A DNA stretch of 36,625 nucleotides from a virus, in the IMG/VR virus record IMGVR_UViG_3300031920_000020, positions 1 through 36,625 of that record; one strand, written 5' to 3'. The notes under the pieces are model-generated. The model saw only the letters and a list, made by a program, of their open reading frames with translations. It had not been told where the DNA came from and searched no databases. Of the stretch, positions 26,689 to 35,217 are shown piece by piece (positions within the stretch are counted from its first letter, which is position 1; each line of letters starts with the position of its first letter). Position numbers and translations under genes: made by a program.

Positions 26689-27043
26689 ATAAACTAGAGC
26701 ACTTAAATTCAGACAGAGCCTGTTCAGCTTCAAACTTATCTACACCAGCAGCATTGAGTCTCGCCAATGAGTCCTGTAGTATCACTTCCTGAACTTCAAT
26801 TTGATACGCCTTCTGAGATATCAAAACCTCTAGATTAGTGGATACCTTATCATTGGCCACATCTACCTTCTTATTGAATCGCTCTTGCAGCACCTCTTGC
26901 TCTTTATCAAGCTTATCCCTACTCTTACACATAGCTGCATTAATAGCCTCCAGATCCTTCTTTGGTTGAAAGAAGAGGCAGGTGAGGGCGAGCAACGAAA
27001 CGCGTTTGATCTTTAAGTCTTTAACATTCATCATTTTCTCCAT
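26687..27043 (-). CDS. Hypothetical coiled-coil protein with N-terminal hydrophobic segment
   Basis: 118 aa. The start is ambiguous (ATG at 27043, 27034 or 27031; GGAG favours 27031, giving MNVKDLKIKRVSLLALTCLFF). Confidence 0.5.
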   Translation of the reverse strand: MEKMMNVKDLKIKRVSLLALTCLFFQPKKDLEAINAAMCKSRDKLDKEQEVLQERFNKKVDVANDKVSTNLEVLISQKAYQIEVQEVILQDSLARLNAAGVDKFEAEQALSEFKCSSL

Positions 27044-27064
27044 AAGTGTGGAAGTTTATATTAC

Positions 27065-27808
27065 TTAGTAGTTTTGATTCTCATCCATATCAGTCTTAAC
27101 TTCTTCTTGAGCCTGAGAGTCTGCTTCCTCATCCTGCTTTTTCTGGTCCTCTGTCTTTTCAGACATCTTAGCAAACTCAGGGTTCTCCTTGCGGATAGCT
27201 GCTACAATACCCTCAGCTTTAGATCCGGCGTAATTCTCTCCCTTCAGTAAGATGTTGGCCACCTCAAGGATGGGGTTAAGCTCCATGATTGCATCCTCAG
27301 TCAGATCATCAAAGCGTACATGACCAGCACCACCCTCAGTGAGTGGCTCTACCATAGCAGCAAACTTTTTAGTCATGCCAGTTACACCACCAAAGTTAAC
27401 GTACTTAGGTGTACCATCATCATTGACCTTCTTGCTTGGCACTACTTCCACCATGCAAGGTGTATCAATAAGCTCATCGAAACCATTAGCAGCTCCCTTT
27501 GGATCAAGAGCTTTCAGGAACTTGGTCATGAAAGTACGGTCTCCCTTCTTAACAGGGAATGCTTTGGTAATAAAGAGAGGTGTAGTACCGTCGTCTTCAA
27601 AGTCTTCCTCACCTTTCAGCTCAAACACCGCTACCACTTCAGGTGCTGGAGACTTCTGCTTACCCTGAAAGAGTTCTCTGAACATACCAAGGTGGATGAG
27701 TGATCTCAGTCTAGCCTCGTGTGGGCCTACTTCAGCTTGCTTGAATGTACCACCAGCCTCTACTGGCTCTGCACCATAATCGAATGAGCTACTATTGTCA
27801 TCAGACAT
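27065..27808 (-). CDS. Putative ssDNA-binding protein (gp2.5-like features)
   Basis: 247 aa. It sits in the replication module and has its own promoter-like region. The acidic C-terminal tail ends in an aromatic residue (...DEEADSQAQEEVKTDMDENQNY), as in T7 gp2.5. No alignment was done. Confidence 0.45.
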   Translation of the reverse strand: MSDDNSSSFDYGAEPVEAGGTFKQAEVGPHEARLRSLIHLGMFRELFQGKQKSPAPEVVAVFELKGEEDFEDDGTTPLFITKAFPVKKGDRTFMTKFLKALDPKGAANGFDELIDTPCMVEVVPSKKVNDDGTPKYVNFGGVTGMTKKFAAMVEPLTEGGAGHVRFDDLTEDAIMELNPILEVANILLKGENYAGSKAEGIVAAIRKENPEFAKMSEKTEDQKKQDEEADSQAQEEVKTDMDENQNY

Positions 27809-27829
27809 TATTCTTCTCCTAGTTGTTAT

Positions 27830-27926
27830 CCTTACAGCACTATAGGCTAATGCGGATAAGGGATAAGGGATATTATTGTTGACGTTCTTAATTTTCTTTT
27901 CTTTCTATGATGCAACCTTATTATAA
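27830..27926 (-). repeat. Two-block repeat, copy II (block 2 at 27830..27853; block 1 at 27882..27926)
   Basis: Minus-strand block 1 reads TTATAATAAGGTTGCATCATAGAAAGAAAAGAAAATTAAGAACGT. Block 2 reads GCATTAGCCTATAGTGCTGTAAGG. Both match copy I (1..83 plus 36595..36625). GGATAAG is tandemly repeated between the blocks. Confidence 0.8.
27900..27922 (-). promoter_or_regulatory. Phage-RNAP-type promoter-like 23-mer upstream of the SSB-like gene
   Basis: Minus strand reads AATAAGGTTGCATCATAGAAAGA. It forms the last codons and TAG stop of the DUF1353 gene. Confidence 0.55.
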
Positions 27927-28363
27927 GGCCGAAGACCAGACCATATAGCATCCCATGCTAAGTCAGTTACACTATCCTTCTTAAACTTCTCGGAGTAATA
28001 GCATGACTGATAAGATGAACTACCTCCAGCTCTCACACCTGAGTAGACAGCATAGGCTCTCCCCTTATTAGTCCCAGCATCCAGCATGGTCTCAAGAAAA
28101 ATCTCATCGCACTCTTGTCTACTGAATCCCCATATACAATCCTTGCTATACAGGAAATCATGTAGCACCGCTGCCTCTGCTGTCTTTCCTGACATAGGTG
28201 GACAGAGAGACCAGAGTAGTCTGATGTTGCTGGCTCCATCTGTGATAAACCCTTTGGGTACCGTGTATATAACCCCAAGTTTATCCAGGTAGGACATATC
28301 AGCATCTAATATCCAGAGCTTCGGCCCTATCTTTGTTGTCTTTAATAGTGTTATTGCTTTCAT
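27905..28363 (-). CDS. DUF1353-family protein
   Basis: Motifs PKGFITDGASNIRLLW...AAVLHDFLY are present. SD is GAGGAGG. Confidence 0.7.
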   Translation of the reverse strand: MKAITLLKTTKIGPKLWILDADMSYLDKLGVIYTVPKGFITDGASNIRLLWSLCPPMSGKTAEAAVLHDFLYSKDCIWGFSRQECDEIFLETMLDAGTNKGRAYAVYSGVRAGGSSSYQSCYYSEKFKKDSVTDLAWDAIWSGLRPYNKVAS

Positions 28364-28406
28364 TATTCCTCCTCTAAATCCTCAGAGTCCCTAACATCAT
28401 TGTACC

Positions 28407-28613
28407 TCACCTTATTGAAATGTTATGTAGTTCTTCGACAATTGCTAACACATCCTCAGCCTTAACCTGAAAGTCTTCATCAGAGTATGCTGTCGATTTA
28501 GATGGGAGATCTCTGTCCGAGTTAGCAGCCTTCATCCCCTCTACCTCTATTTGGATAGCAACCACTCTGGCAGTAAGTGATGCTATCTGACCTGCTTCAA
28601 ATACACTCATCAT
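28407..28613 (-). CDS. Hypothetical small protein
   Basis: 68 aa. The AGGAGG SD overlaps the DNAP stop. Confidence 0.5.
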   Translation of the reverse strand: MMSVFEAGQIASLTARVVAIQIEVEGMKAANSDRDLPSKSTAYSDEDFQVKAEDVLAIVEELHNISIR

Positions 28614-28624
28614 TAGTTCTCCTC

Positions 28625-31132
28625 CTAGTGGGTCTCAGTCCAACTAAGCCCAATTTTATACTCTCCTGCTGTTGGACATAGCAATCTTAGCTCCTCGCCA
28701 GCCCATGTTATAGAGTCACAGTATAGCTGTCCTAGTGGATGATACCTACGCTGGATGATCCAAGCATCTTCTCTCTTCTCAATCACAGTTGGTGCAGACC
28801 ACATCCTTCCTTCACTATCCCTGTGTTCTCTCTTCTCATCTAACTTCCATGCTTCCTTTGTAGGTTTGATATGATACTCATATGACAGCACCTCACTCTC
28901 TGGGACTTCCATCTGTGCCTCATCATGCTGATGAGCTACCATCCTAAAATCTGCTGCACGTTCTATTAGCCCTTGCTCCACTGCCATATCTTCTGCTCTA
29001 ACGTGTGCATGTTTCATGACAAGAGATCCTGTCATCTGTAGCAGTACATTAAGAGCTGTATGAATGGATAAGGTCTTGCCCTTGCTACGGATACGTCCAC
29101 GCCTACCATCTACAGCAAGCATGTACCCGAACTTCTTACCAGCAGCTTGCACTCCTTCAATCAGAGTAGCCAGCTTAGGTAGCTGCTCCTTGAATAACTC
29201 TACAGCATCAGCCATGTCCTGCATCTTCAGTCCTAGCTGCCTTGCAAGGTTCTTAATACCAGAGCCATACAGGAATGAATACACAAATACCTTGGCAATG
29301 TCACGGCTAGTAAGTCCAGCCTTCTCTTGATTGTAGGTGTGAATATCACCATTAAGTATGATGTCTGTATACTCTGGATCATTCATGAAGTGAGCAAGCA
29401 TCCTCAGTTCCAGACCTGCTCCATCACACCCAAGCAACATCATCCCTGGACCAGCTATGAAACATCTCCTCATCTGAGTCCCATACAGTCCACGAGCTGG
29501 GATGTTGACTACTATCTTATGTCTCATGCGATGGGTGTTGGTTGCACAAGCAAAGGCGTGTGCTGGTACTCTCCAGTGACCTGATGTAGGCCACACTCCA
29601 TTTAGTTCGTAGTATTCTTGAGCAGTGATGCTGCCGTGAGTAGCTCCAGCTCCCCAAAGTCTAGATTTAGGCAGGAGTCCACGGCATTCGTTATTCTTGC
29701 TAGCTTGTCTAGGCCATCTCTTGTTGAGACTGAAGTAATCAACATCTTTTCGGTTGAGTAACTGTGTACGCCGCGCGGACAGTATGTACCAACGTGCAAT
29801 ACCCTTGCACCAGTCGGGCACTGTGGATTCTGATTCTTCCCATCTTTCGAGGGACTTATCATCAATCTTCCCGGCCCATGGCTTGGGCAAGTCACCGTCG
29901 TTCTCTTCGATATAATCCGTTTCTGCATCATTGAAGTTGACTCCTATCCATCCATATTTGTATAGTATCTGCTTGACCTCATCTCTGTTACCAAGTGGTA
30001 TGTCTTCCCAGACTAGAGGTGTAAACGGGCCAGCAACTGGAGGCTTAGGGTAAGCTACGATATGCTTAACTCCTAAATGATCTGCTACCTCCAAGTCTAC
30101 AGTATGATCCTGCATGAACCCTCTTGCTGCTGGCACATGCTTGGTAACATTCTTTCCATACTCTCCATTCTTCTTAGTGATAGCCCAGATAGTTGAAGCG
30201 TACCCAGCCCTCATATCACCATTTAGCATATGATTCTCGTACTCCCCGGCTGGCATTGACAATAGCTCAGCTATAGCTGCCGCATTCTTCTCTATAGCAG
30301 CCTCACTATACTTCTTCATCTTAATACGTTGAGGCATGTGAGGCATGAATGCATCTCTGGTTGCTTTGATCTCTATGTCAAGCTCCTCTATGAGAGAACC
30401 CATAAACTCTACATCTATCGCAAACCCACGCTCAGCTTGATAGGCTACTGACTGTGCTACTCTGAACTCGTTCTCATAGGCTGAACGAATATCCTTTCCT
30501 GTTATATTATGAGGTCTATCAAGATGATCATCCCACTCTTTCATAAGGAAATTAAAGAAGTCCTCACCAATCTCAACATCCTCTGCTACCCTGTGTATCA
30601 TATCAATAGATAGGTGAGACCAATCTTCATGGTGTGGCTTGTGCCTGTCTATCCTTATACCATGTGCTGCAATAGAGTGAGGAGGTACATTACCTAAGCC
30701 TAGGTGCAGTGCTGCCCAAGGTGCCCTCCTCTCTGGGTTAAGAACCTGACTCATCACCATGGTATCAGCAGTCTTAAACGGGAACAGCTCATGGTTGATT
30801 CGTTGCATGTGATTACGCTTGATCTTAACACCCATAGCCTTCTCTATAGCTAGTTGGTCATACCCAACTACATTCTGCCAGATGAGGACATCACAGGTCT
30901 CGATACATCTGATACCTTCAGCCATATCTCCAGCCTTCTCATCTTCTTCATACTCATCCAGCCATACTGGATCTACTCTATCATTGAAGTCGTCAAAGAA
31001 AGAGAATGTCTCCCCTGAGTAGTAGTCTTTTAACCTGAGTATATGTAGATCCTCTCTGTGTCCTGGGCGAATATCAGGGAGGAGACCTACTGCTTCTAAA
31101 TCAGCGGTTAATACTCTTCCTTTTCCGTTCAT
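28625..31132 (-). CDS. Family A DNA polymerase with 3'-5' exonuclease domain
   Basis: Exo I is LTADLEAVGL. Motif A is CDGAGLELRMLAHF, motif B is RDIAKVFVYSFLYGSG and motif C is VAHQHDEAQMEV. Confidence 0.9.
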   Translation of the reverse strand: MNGKGRVLTADLEAVGLLPDIRPGHREDLHILRLKDYYSGETFSFFDDFNDRVDPVWLDEYEEDEKAGDMAEGIRCIETCDVLIWQNVVGYDQLAIEKAMGVKIKRNHMQRINHELFPFKTADTMVMSQVLNPERRAPWAALHLGLGNVPPHSIAAHGIRIDRHKPHHEDWSHLSIDMIHRVAEDVEIGEDFFNFLMKEWDDHLDRPHNITGKDIRSAYENEFRVAQSVAYQAERGFAIDVEFMGSLIEELDIEIKATRDAFMPHMPQRIKMKKYSEAAIEKNAAAIAELLSMPAGEYENHMLNGDMRAGYASTIWAITKKNGEYGKNVTKHVPAARGFMQDHTVDLEVADHLGVKHIVAYPKPPVAGPFTPLVWEDIPLGNRDEVKQILYKYGWIGVNFNDAETDYIEENDGDLPKPWAGKIDDKSLERWEESESTVPDWCKGIARWYILSARRTQLLNRKDVDYFSLNKRWPRQASKNNECRGLLPKSRLWGAGATHGSITAQEYYELNGVWPTSGHWRVPAHAFACATNTHRMRHKIVVNIPARGLYGTQMRRCFIAGPGMMLLGCDGAGLELRMLAHFMNDPEYTDIILNGDIHTYNQEKAGLTSRDIAKVFVYSFLYGSGIKNLARQLGLKMQDMADAVELFKEQLPKLATLIEGVQAAGKKFGYMLAVDGRRGRIRSKGKTLSIHTALNVLLQMTGSLVMKHAHVRAEDMAVEQGLIERAADFRMVAHQHDEAQMEVPESEVLSYEYHIKPTKEAWKLDEKREHRDSEGRMWSAPTVIEKREDAWIIQRRYHPLGQLYCDSITWAGEELRLLCPTAGEYKIGLSWTETH

Positions 31133-31147
31133 GATAATTCCTCTAGT

Positions 31148-31492
31148 TTATTTGTTCTTGTTTAGGATATCCATTATCTTTACTGACATCACGTACTCAT
31201 CATGTGACCGTATGTTAAACCTATCTAAGAGTACTGGATTTAGTTTATGTGGGCAAGACTCTACTCCCACCACTCTATGCTTGAATTTGAAACCTCCATT
31301 AAACCACCTCCTGATCACGTAAGACCTAACCAGAGAGACTAGAGTAAAGATCATGAGGATGAGTAGATTACTCTGAGTACTTATCTCTATCCCAAAGAGA
31401 GGGAATACTAAAATTTGTGTGATAAAGGATAGTACCATACCTATCCCGATGTTAGCCAGTGCTTCCATTAATGATGCTATCCTCGTTTGCAT
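31148..31492 (-). CDS. Small membrane protein (two predicted TM helices)
   Basis: 114 aa (NIGIGMVLSFITQILVFPLFG; LLILMIFTLVSLV). The ATG is the last unit of the (TA)9 tract, and the SD is 16 nt away, so the start is uncertain. Confidence 0.5.
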   Translation of the reverse strand: MQTRIASLMEALANIGIGMVLSFITQILVFPLFGIEISTQSNLLILMIFTLVSLVRSYVIRRWFNGGFKFKHRVVGVESCPHKLNPVLLDRFNIRSHDEYVMSVKIMDILNKNK

Positions 31493-31508
31493 ATATATAT
31501 ATATATAT
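31491..31508. repeat. (AT)9 dinucleotide microsatellite
   Basis: atatatatatatatatat lies between GTGAGG (SD-like) and the ATG of 31148..31492. Confidence 0.95.
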
Positions 31509-31521
31509 CCTCACAAAATAT

Positions 31522-31537
31522 GTCTCACGTGTGAGAC
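31522..31537. promoter_or_regulatory. Dyad GTCTCAC-GT-GTGAGAC (copy 2 of 3)
   Basis: It abuts the TAG stop of 31537..32202. An extra GTGAGG half-site lies 7 nt further on the minus strand. Confidence 0.6.
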
Positions 31538-32202
31538 TATTTAAGTATATTCTTACGTAATTGTACTGGCCTAGCTTTTGAGTACAAATAGTAGTTAGCA
31601 GTAGGGTAATACTTGTAGTACTTTCTTAACATTCTATTATCCCCATAGTAGGAGACAATATCAGTCACGTTGACCTCACCCATCATTGATGAGTCAGAGA
31701 GATCTTTTGCTACGCACTGACAAGAGAGTGGAAAGAACTCCAGCATCCAGTGGTATATAGAGTCATGATTTATAATAGCATACAGCAAGTCAAACTTAAC
31801 ACCCTGACTCTCGAGCTTCACTATTACTTTACAACTGCCATCATCATTAATCTCTTCATCTGCCGCATCCTCTTCATCTGCCGCATGATACTGTACGTAG
31901 ACTTCACAACTAGAGAATCCTAGCACTAAATAGTTCTTTTCCCAGAAGGTCTTGATCTTCTCTGTGTCCCAAGTTCCAGTTCTATCCCAGATAACCAGAT
32001 CATAGTCATTAGCCTTGTGGGGTAAGAGTGAACCACCTACCTGATAGACCTTGATCTTATCATTAGACATCTTGTGCAGTTCCATCAGTGCTGTCATGTA
32101 GGCATTAGCATGTATCTCTTTAGCCACGTTATACCACGCGTGTGATACAGATTTTCCTGATCCTCTTACACTCCCTACCATTGCTACATTAGTATGAGTC
32201 AT
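31537..32202 (-). CDS. Hypothetical protein with a possible pol-beta-type nucleotidyltransferase motif
   Basis: The start is trimmed to MTHTNV (ATG 32202 after GGAGAGG; it overlaps the primase-helicase end by 14 nt). VGGSLLPHKANDYDLVIW fits hG[GS]-x7-DxD, and a later VKFDLLY could supply the third acidic residue. AADEE(D) is duplicated from an 18-nt tandem repeat at about 31853..31886. Confidence 0.3.
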   Translation of the reverse strand: MTHTNVAMVGSVRGSGKSVSHAWYNVAKEIHANAYMTALMELHKMSNDKIKVYQVGGSLLPHKANDYDLVIWDRTGTWDTEKIKTFWEKNYLVLGFSSCEVYVQYHAADEEDAADEEINDDGSCKVIVKLESQGVKFDLLYAIINHDSIYHWMLEFFPLSCQCVAKDLSDSSMMGEVNVTDIVSYYGDNRMLRKYYKYYPTANYYLYSKARPVQLRKNILK

Positions 32203-34168
32203 TGTCCTCTCCATATTGTTTAGGTTGCTTACGTTTCTTATTAACTCCATCATCAAACCCATCCTGTACAGGAGGTCTGTCCTCAGTCTGTTCCAGCTTA
32301 CCTGTGCTCATGTTCTTCTTAGTGTATACCTTAGTCCCTGTCATGTGACCAACCTCTCTGGTCTTAAGGTTCTTCAGTATGAGTAGACATCTCTCACTTA
32401 AGGTAGGTGCTGTCGTGTTACGTATCCCAGCCCAAACATCATCAGCCCAAAATACAATACTCCCAGCACCCCTAAAATCATTGAGTGTGACATCTCCTCC
32501 CTCCTCGAATGGTGTTCGATCGCCATAGACTTTCTTAAGGTGAGATAATAGGAAGATTGATATAGGATTCTCATCCTTGAATGTACCTAGCCTCTTCATC
32601 GTCTCATCAATAGCCTCTACTTTTGAAACAGCTTTACCATTTTCTCCTTTATGCTCAAAAGCAGTGAGGTTATCAACCACGAACTTTGTAAACCCAAGAG
32701 CAGAAGCCTCTTCCAGCACTTGCATAACGCTCGATACATCCTTACGACCTTCGAGGTCTCCAATATAGATTCTATTGTCATTACATAACCTGTCAATTGC
32801 TTCATTAGCTTCCTCCTCTGTATAGTCTCTAAGTTCCTCGTAGTCAGGGTCATCTTTGTCATTGCAAGGAGGAGCATTGAGGTTCTTATTGATGAGGTAT
32901 CCAGCGAAGGAACGTACTGTCTTGTCTGCTCTCTCCTCTAGGTAGATTACAACGAGCTGGATGTTGAAGGTGTAGGCTAGAAAGAATACGACCTCCTTAG
33001 TTAAGGTAGTCTTTCCAACACCCGTACCCATACCCCAGACAGACATCGTGTAGTCTCGGATACCATAGGTTACTTTATTCATCAGCTCCCAAGGCCAGGA
33101 CAGCCCCATAGTAGGAACCTTCTTTGCCTTCTCTCTATACTTATCCATGGAGTTAAGATATCCACCTTCAAATAGGTCAGCAGGGTTCCACCATGCATCC
33201 ATGAACTCCTTCCCTCTACCTTGCTTGAGTGCATCATTAGGATCTTTGCATCCAGCGGGTAGCTTGAGCTGCTTAACCTTGGTGCGGAAGATACGACCAA
33301 CATCTCTATTGAGTTTCTTACCTACCTCATCATCATCGAAGCAGACTAAGACCTTCTTAAACTTGTTGATCTCATCCTTGTTCAGAATGATCTCTTCAAT
33401 AGCCATCTCTCCCTTAGTTGGTGACCATACGTGTTCATAGACCCCCTCCCACTTGCTGCCTACCTTGGCCTCCAGCATCATAGTCTGTGCAGCTAGCACA
33501 TCACACTCACCACCTACTAACAAGAGCGTATCCATCCTAGCCCCTGACTCCATAGCTGCTGCTGTCTGCTTCTGTCCAAACATGAGATTGTCACCCCAAG
33601 TCCAACCGAGTGACCCATACTTGAAATCTTTAGGTAGGGTACGACACTTAGCTCCCTTCCACTCGCCATCATGATAGTCATAGGTTGGGTAATAATGTCT
33701 AGCTACCTTGCCATCTAATCCTAACCCAACTCGCACGTTATAGAACTTAGCTACGTTCCCTGGGATGTGTCTCGATACAAGGTTCTTAACCTTAAGTTGA
33801 TTGAAGTAAGACTCGTCACCATTCCTCTCTTCTATCAGTCTATCTCTCTCATCTTGGTTGGCAACCGCCCAGCGGTCCACGCCTTTCATTCCAGATAGAG
33901 CTATCTCTCTGATCGTAGGGTTATCGAGCTTGCCTTCTCTAACCAGTTCCTCAAACTGACTCTGTGTGTACTTGATTGTTCCAGTTACTTCCATGTTCAA
34001 TATAGGACTCTCACCATCAGCAGGGATTAGCAGCACTTGTCCATCCTTATGCCAATGTGCTCTATTGCAAAACTTGACACCATCAGAGAATACAATCATG
34101 TTAGTCCCCTTAGCATCATGCCCCATGTGCTGGCATTCAGGGCAAGGTACATTCATCACGATACTCAT
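32189..34168 (-). CDS. Bifunctional primase-helicase (T7 gp4-like)
   Basis: 659 aa. It has an N-terminal zinc motif (CPECQH...C..AHWH), a TOPRIM region (LLVGGECD...VCFDDDEVGKK) and a DnaB-like Walker A (GMGTGVGKTT). Confidence 0.9.
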   Translation of the reverse strand: MSIVMNVPCPECQHMGHDAKGTNMIVFSDGVKFCNRAHWHKDGQVLLIPADGESPILNMEVTGTIKYTQSQFEELVREGKLDNPTIREIALSGMKGVDRWAVANQDERDRLIEERNGDESYFNQLKVKNLVSRHIPGNVAKFYNVRVGLGLDGKVARHYYPTYDYHDGEWKGAKCRTLPKDFKYGSLGWTWGDNLMFGQKQTAAAMESGARMDTLLLVGGECDVLAAQTMMLEAKVGSKWEGVYEHVWSPTKGEMAIEEIILNKDEINKFKKVLVCFDDDEVGKKLNRDVGRIFRTKVKQLKLPAGCKDPNDALKQGRGKEFMDAWWNPADLFEGGYLNSMDKYREKAKKVPTMGLSWPWELMNKVTYGIRDYTMSVWGMGTGVGKTTLTKEVVFFLAYTFNIQLVVIYLEERADKTVRSFAGYLINKNLNAPPCNDKDDPDYEELRDYTEEEANEAIDRLCNDNRIYIGDLEGRKDVSSVMQVLEEASALGFTKFVVDNLTAFEHKGENGKAVSKVEAIDETMKRLGTFKDENPISIFLLSHLKKVYGDRTPFEEGGDVTLNDFRGAGSIVFWADDVWAGIRNTTAPTLSERCLLILKNLKTREVGHMTGTKVYTKKNMSTGKLEQTEDRPPVQDGFDDGVNKKRKQPKQYGEDNDSY

Positions 34169-34226
34169 GTAGTCCTCCTTATTAATTAACGAAGCAAGCG
34201 CAAGGATCTCTCCTCACGCTATGACT

Positions 34227-35162
34227 TCACAATAGAAATGTTTCTTTGAATGTTTGTAAGCCTTTCCTCCCTGTCCACCCAGCAGTATGACCACCTTCAA
34301 GAATGTACTTAAAGGATGGCCCACTAACCTTATCAGCGAGAGCTAGTACTTGCCTTGAGTCAGTGATATTATCAGTTCTACCAGCGTAGCAATGAGTTGG
34401 ACAGGTGATGCTTTCTAGCTTAACTAGTTTACCATTCACTCTCCATGTCCCATCATACAGTCTGTTATCACGGAACAGATTTTCTAACGCATCCATAAAC
34501 CACACACCAGCTAGATCAAGTTTGTTATCGTACCATGCATTATTCTTATCCCACTTGGCAAGACCAACCTCATCACTGTTACGTACCATCTCGGCTCTAT
34601 CAAGGTGTCGTTGTACATAGATCTGATGAGGGTCAACCATACTAAATGCAAGCCATTGCAAGGCACCTAGTTGAAGCCCTAAGTTCATCATTACTACCAT
34701 GCGTTGCATCTCTACCACAAAGGGCTTGCGCATGTGCTTCTCAATCAGATTATCAGGAGCACAGTTAGTATTAATAGGGGCCACAAATACAGCCAGCTTC
34801 TTAACGTTATCAGGGTTCTGTGCAGTGTAGATGCTAGATACCCACCCACCCTGACACAACCCGACTATCTCAATGTCAACACCAAGGAACTCATGTATTG
34901 CACCTATAGCATTGACAAGATCACTAACACTTGTATTATTTGTCATCCATGTAGCTGACTTAAGCTCGAATGCTACTACAGGTCTTCCAGTCTGGACAGC
35001 AACTTTTATGAGGTTAAGGCTAATAGTCCAGTCCCGACCAGCATGTGGAGGAACTACTACTATTGGTGTTCCTGTTCCTGTTGAAAACATGTGCCATACA
35101 TAAACAGGTGTCTCGATAACTTTGGTACTACCATATTTAGTTTCCATTGTAACCTCAATCAA
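34227..35162 (-). CDS. PHA-synthase-like (class III PhaC-like) alpha/beta-hydrolase with Cys nucleophile
   Basis: 311 aa. Motifs are PIVVVPPHAGRDW, GxCxGG box GLCQGGW, NLFRDNRLYDGTWRVNGKLVKLESITCPTHCYAGRTDNITD and EGGHTAG. This gives a Cys-Asp-His order as in PhaC. Confidence 0.65.
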   Translation of the reverse strand: MIEVTMETKYGSTKVIETPVYVWHMFSTGTGTPIVVVPPHAGRDWTISLNLIKVAVQTGRPVVAFELKSATWMTNNTSVSDLVNAIGAIHEFLGVDIEIVGLCQGGWVSSIYTAQNPDNVKKLAVFVAPINTNCAPDNLIEKHMRKPFVVEMQRMVVMMNLGLQLGALQWLAFSMVDPHQIYVQRHLDRAEMVRNSDEVGLAKWDKNNAWYDNKLDLAGVWFMDALENLFRDNRLYDGTWRVNGKLVKLESITCPTHCYAGRTDNITDSRQVLALADKVSGPSFKYILEGGHTAGWTGRKGLQTFKETFLL

Positions 35163-35173
35163 CTAAGGGTGAA

Positions 35174-35192
35174 GTGCTGGGTTGTCCAGCAC
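35174..35192 (-). other. Leader stem-loop between the promoter-like element and the PhaC-like gene
   Basis: GTGCTGG-ACAAC-CCAGCAC: a 7-bp stem with a 5-nt loop and no U-run. Confidence 0.5.
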
Positions 35193-35194
35193 TC

Positions 35195-35217
35195 TTATTC
35201 TATGATACAACCTAATT
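35195..35217 (-). promoter_or_regulatory. Phage-RNAP-type promoter-like 23-mer (variant)
   Basis: Minus strand reads AATTAGGTTGTATCATAGAATAA. It overlaps the TAG stop of the 210-aa ORF and lies 38 nt upstream of the ATG at 35162. Confidence 0.5.

Noticed and set aside
26687-27043. A lipoprotein or spanin call for the 118-aa ORF, based on LLALTC.
   Set aside because: The residues before the Cys do not fit the lipobox consensus, and the gene is in the replication module, not the lysis module.
31491-31508. The (TA)9 tract, or the dispersed 16-mers and 23-mers, as a CRISPR array.
   Set aside because: There are no regularly spaced repeat-spacer units. The copies are kilobases apart and each is associated with a gene boundary.
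34169-34226. A weak hairpin (AGCG-CA-AGGA-TCTC-TCCT-CA-CGCT) between the PhaC-like gene and the primase-helicase gene, as a terminator.
   Set aside because: The stem is interrupted and only 4+4 bp. There is no U-run.
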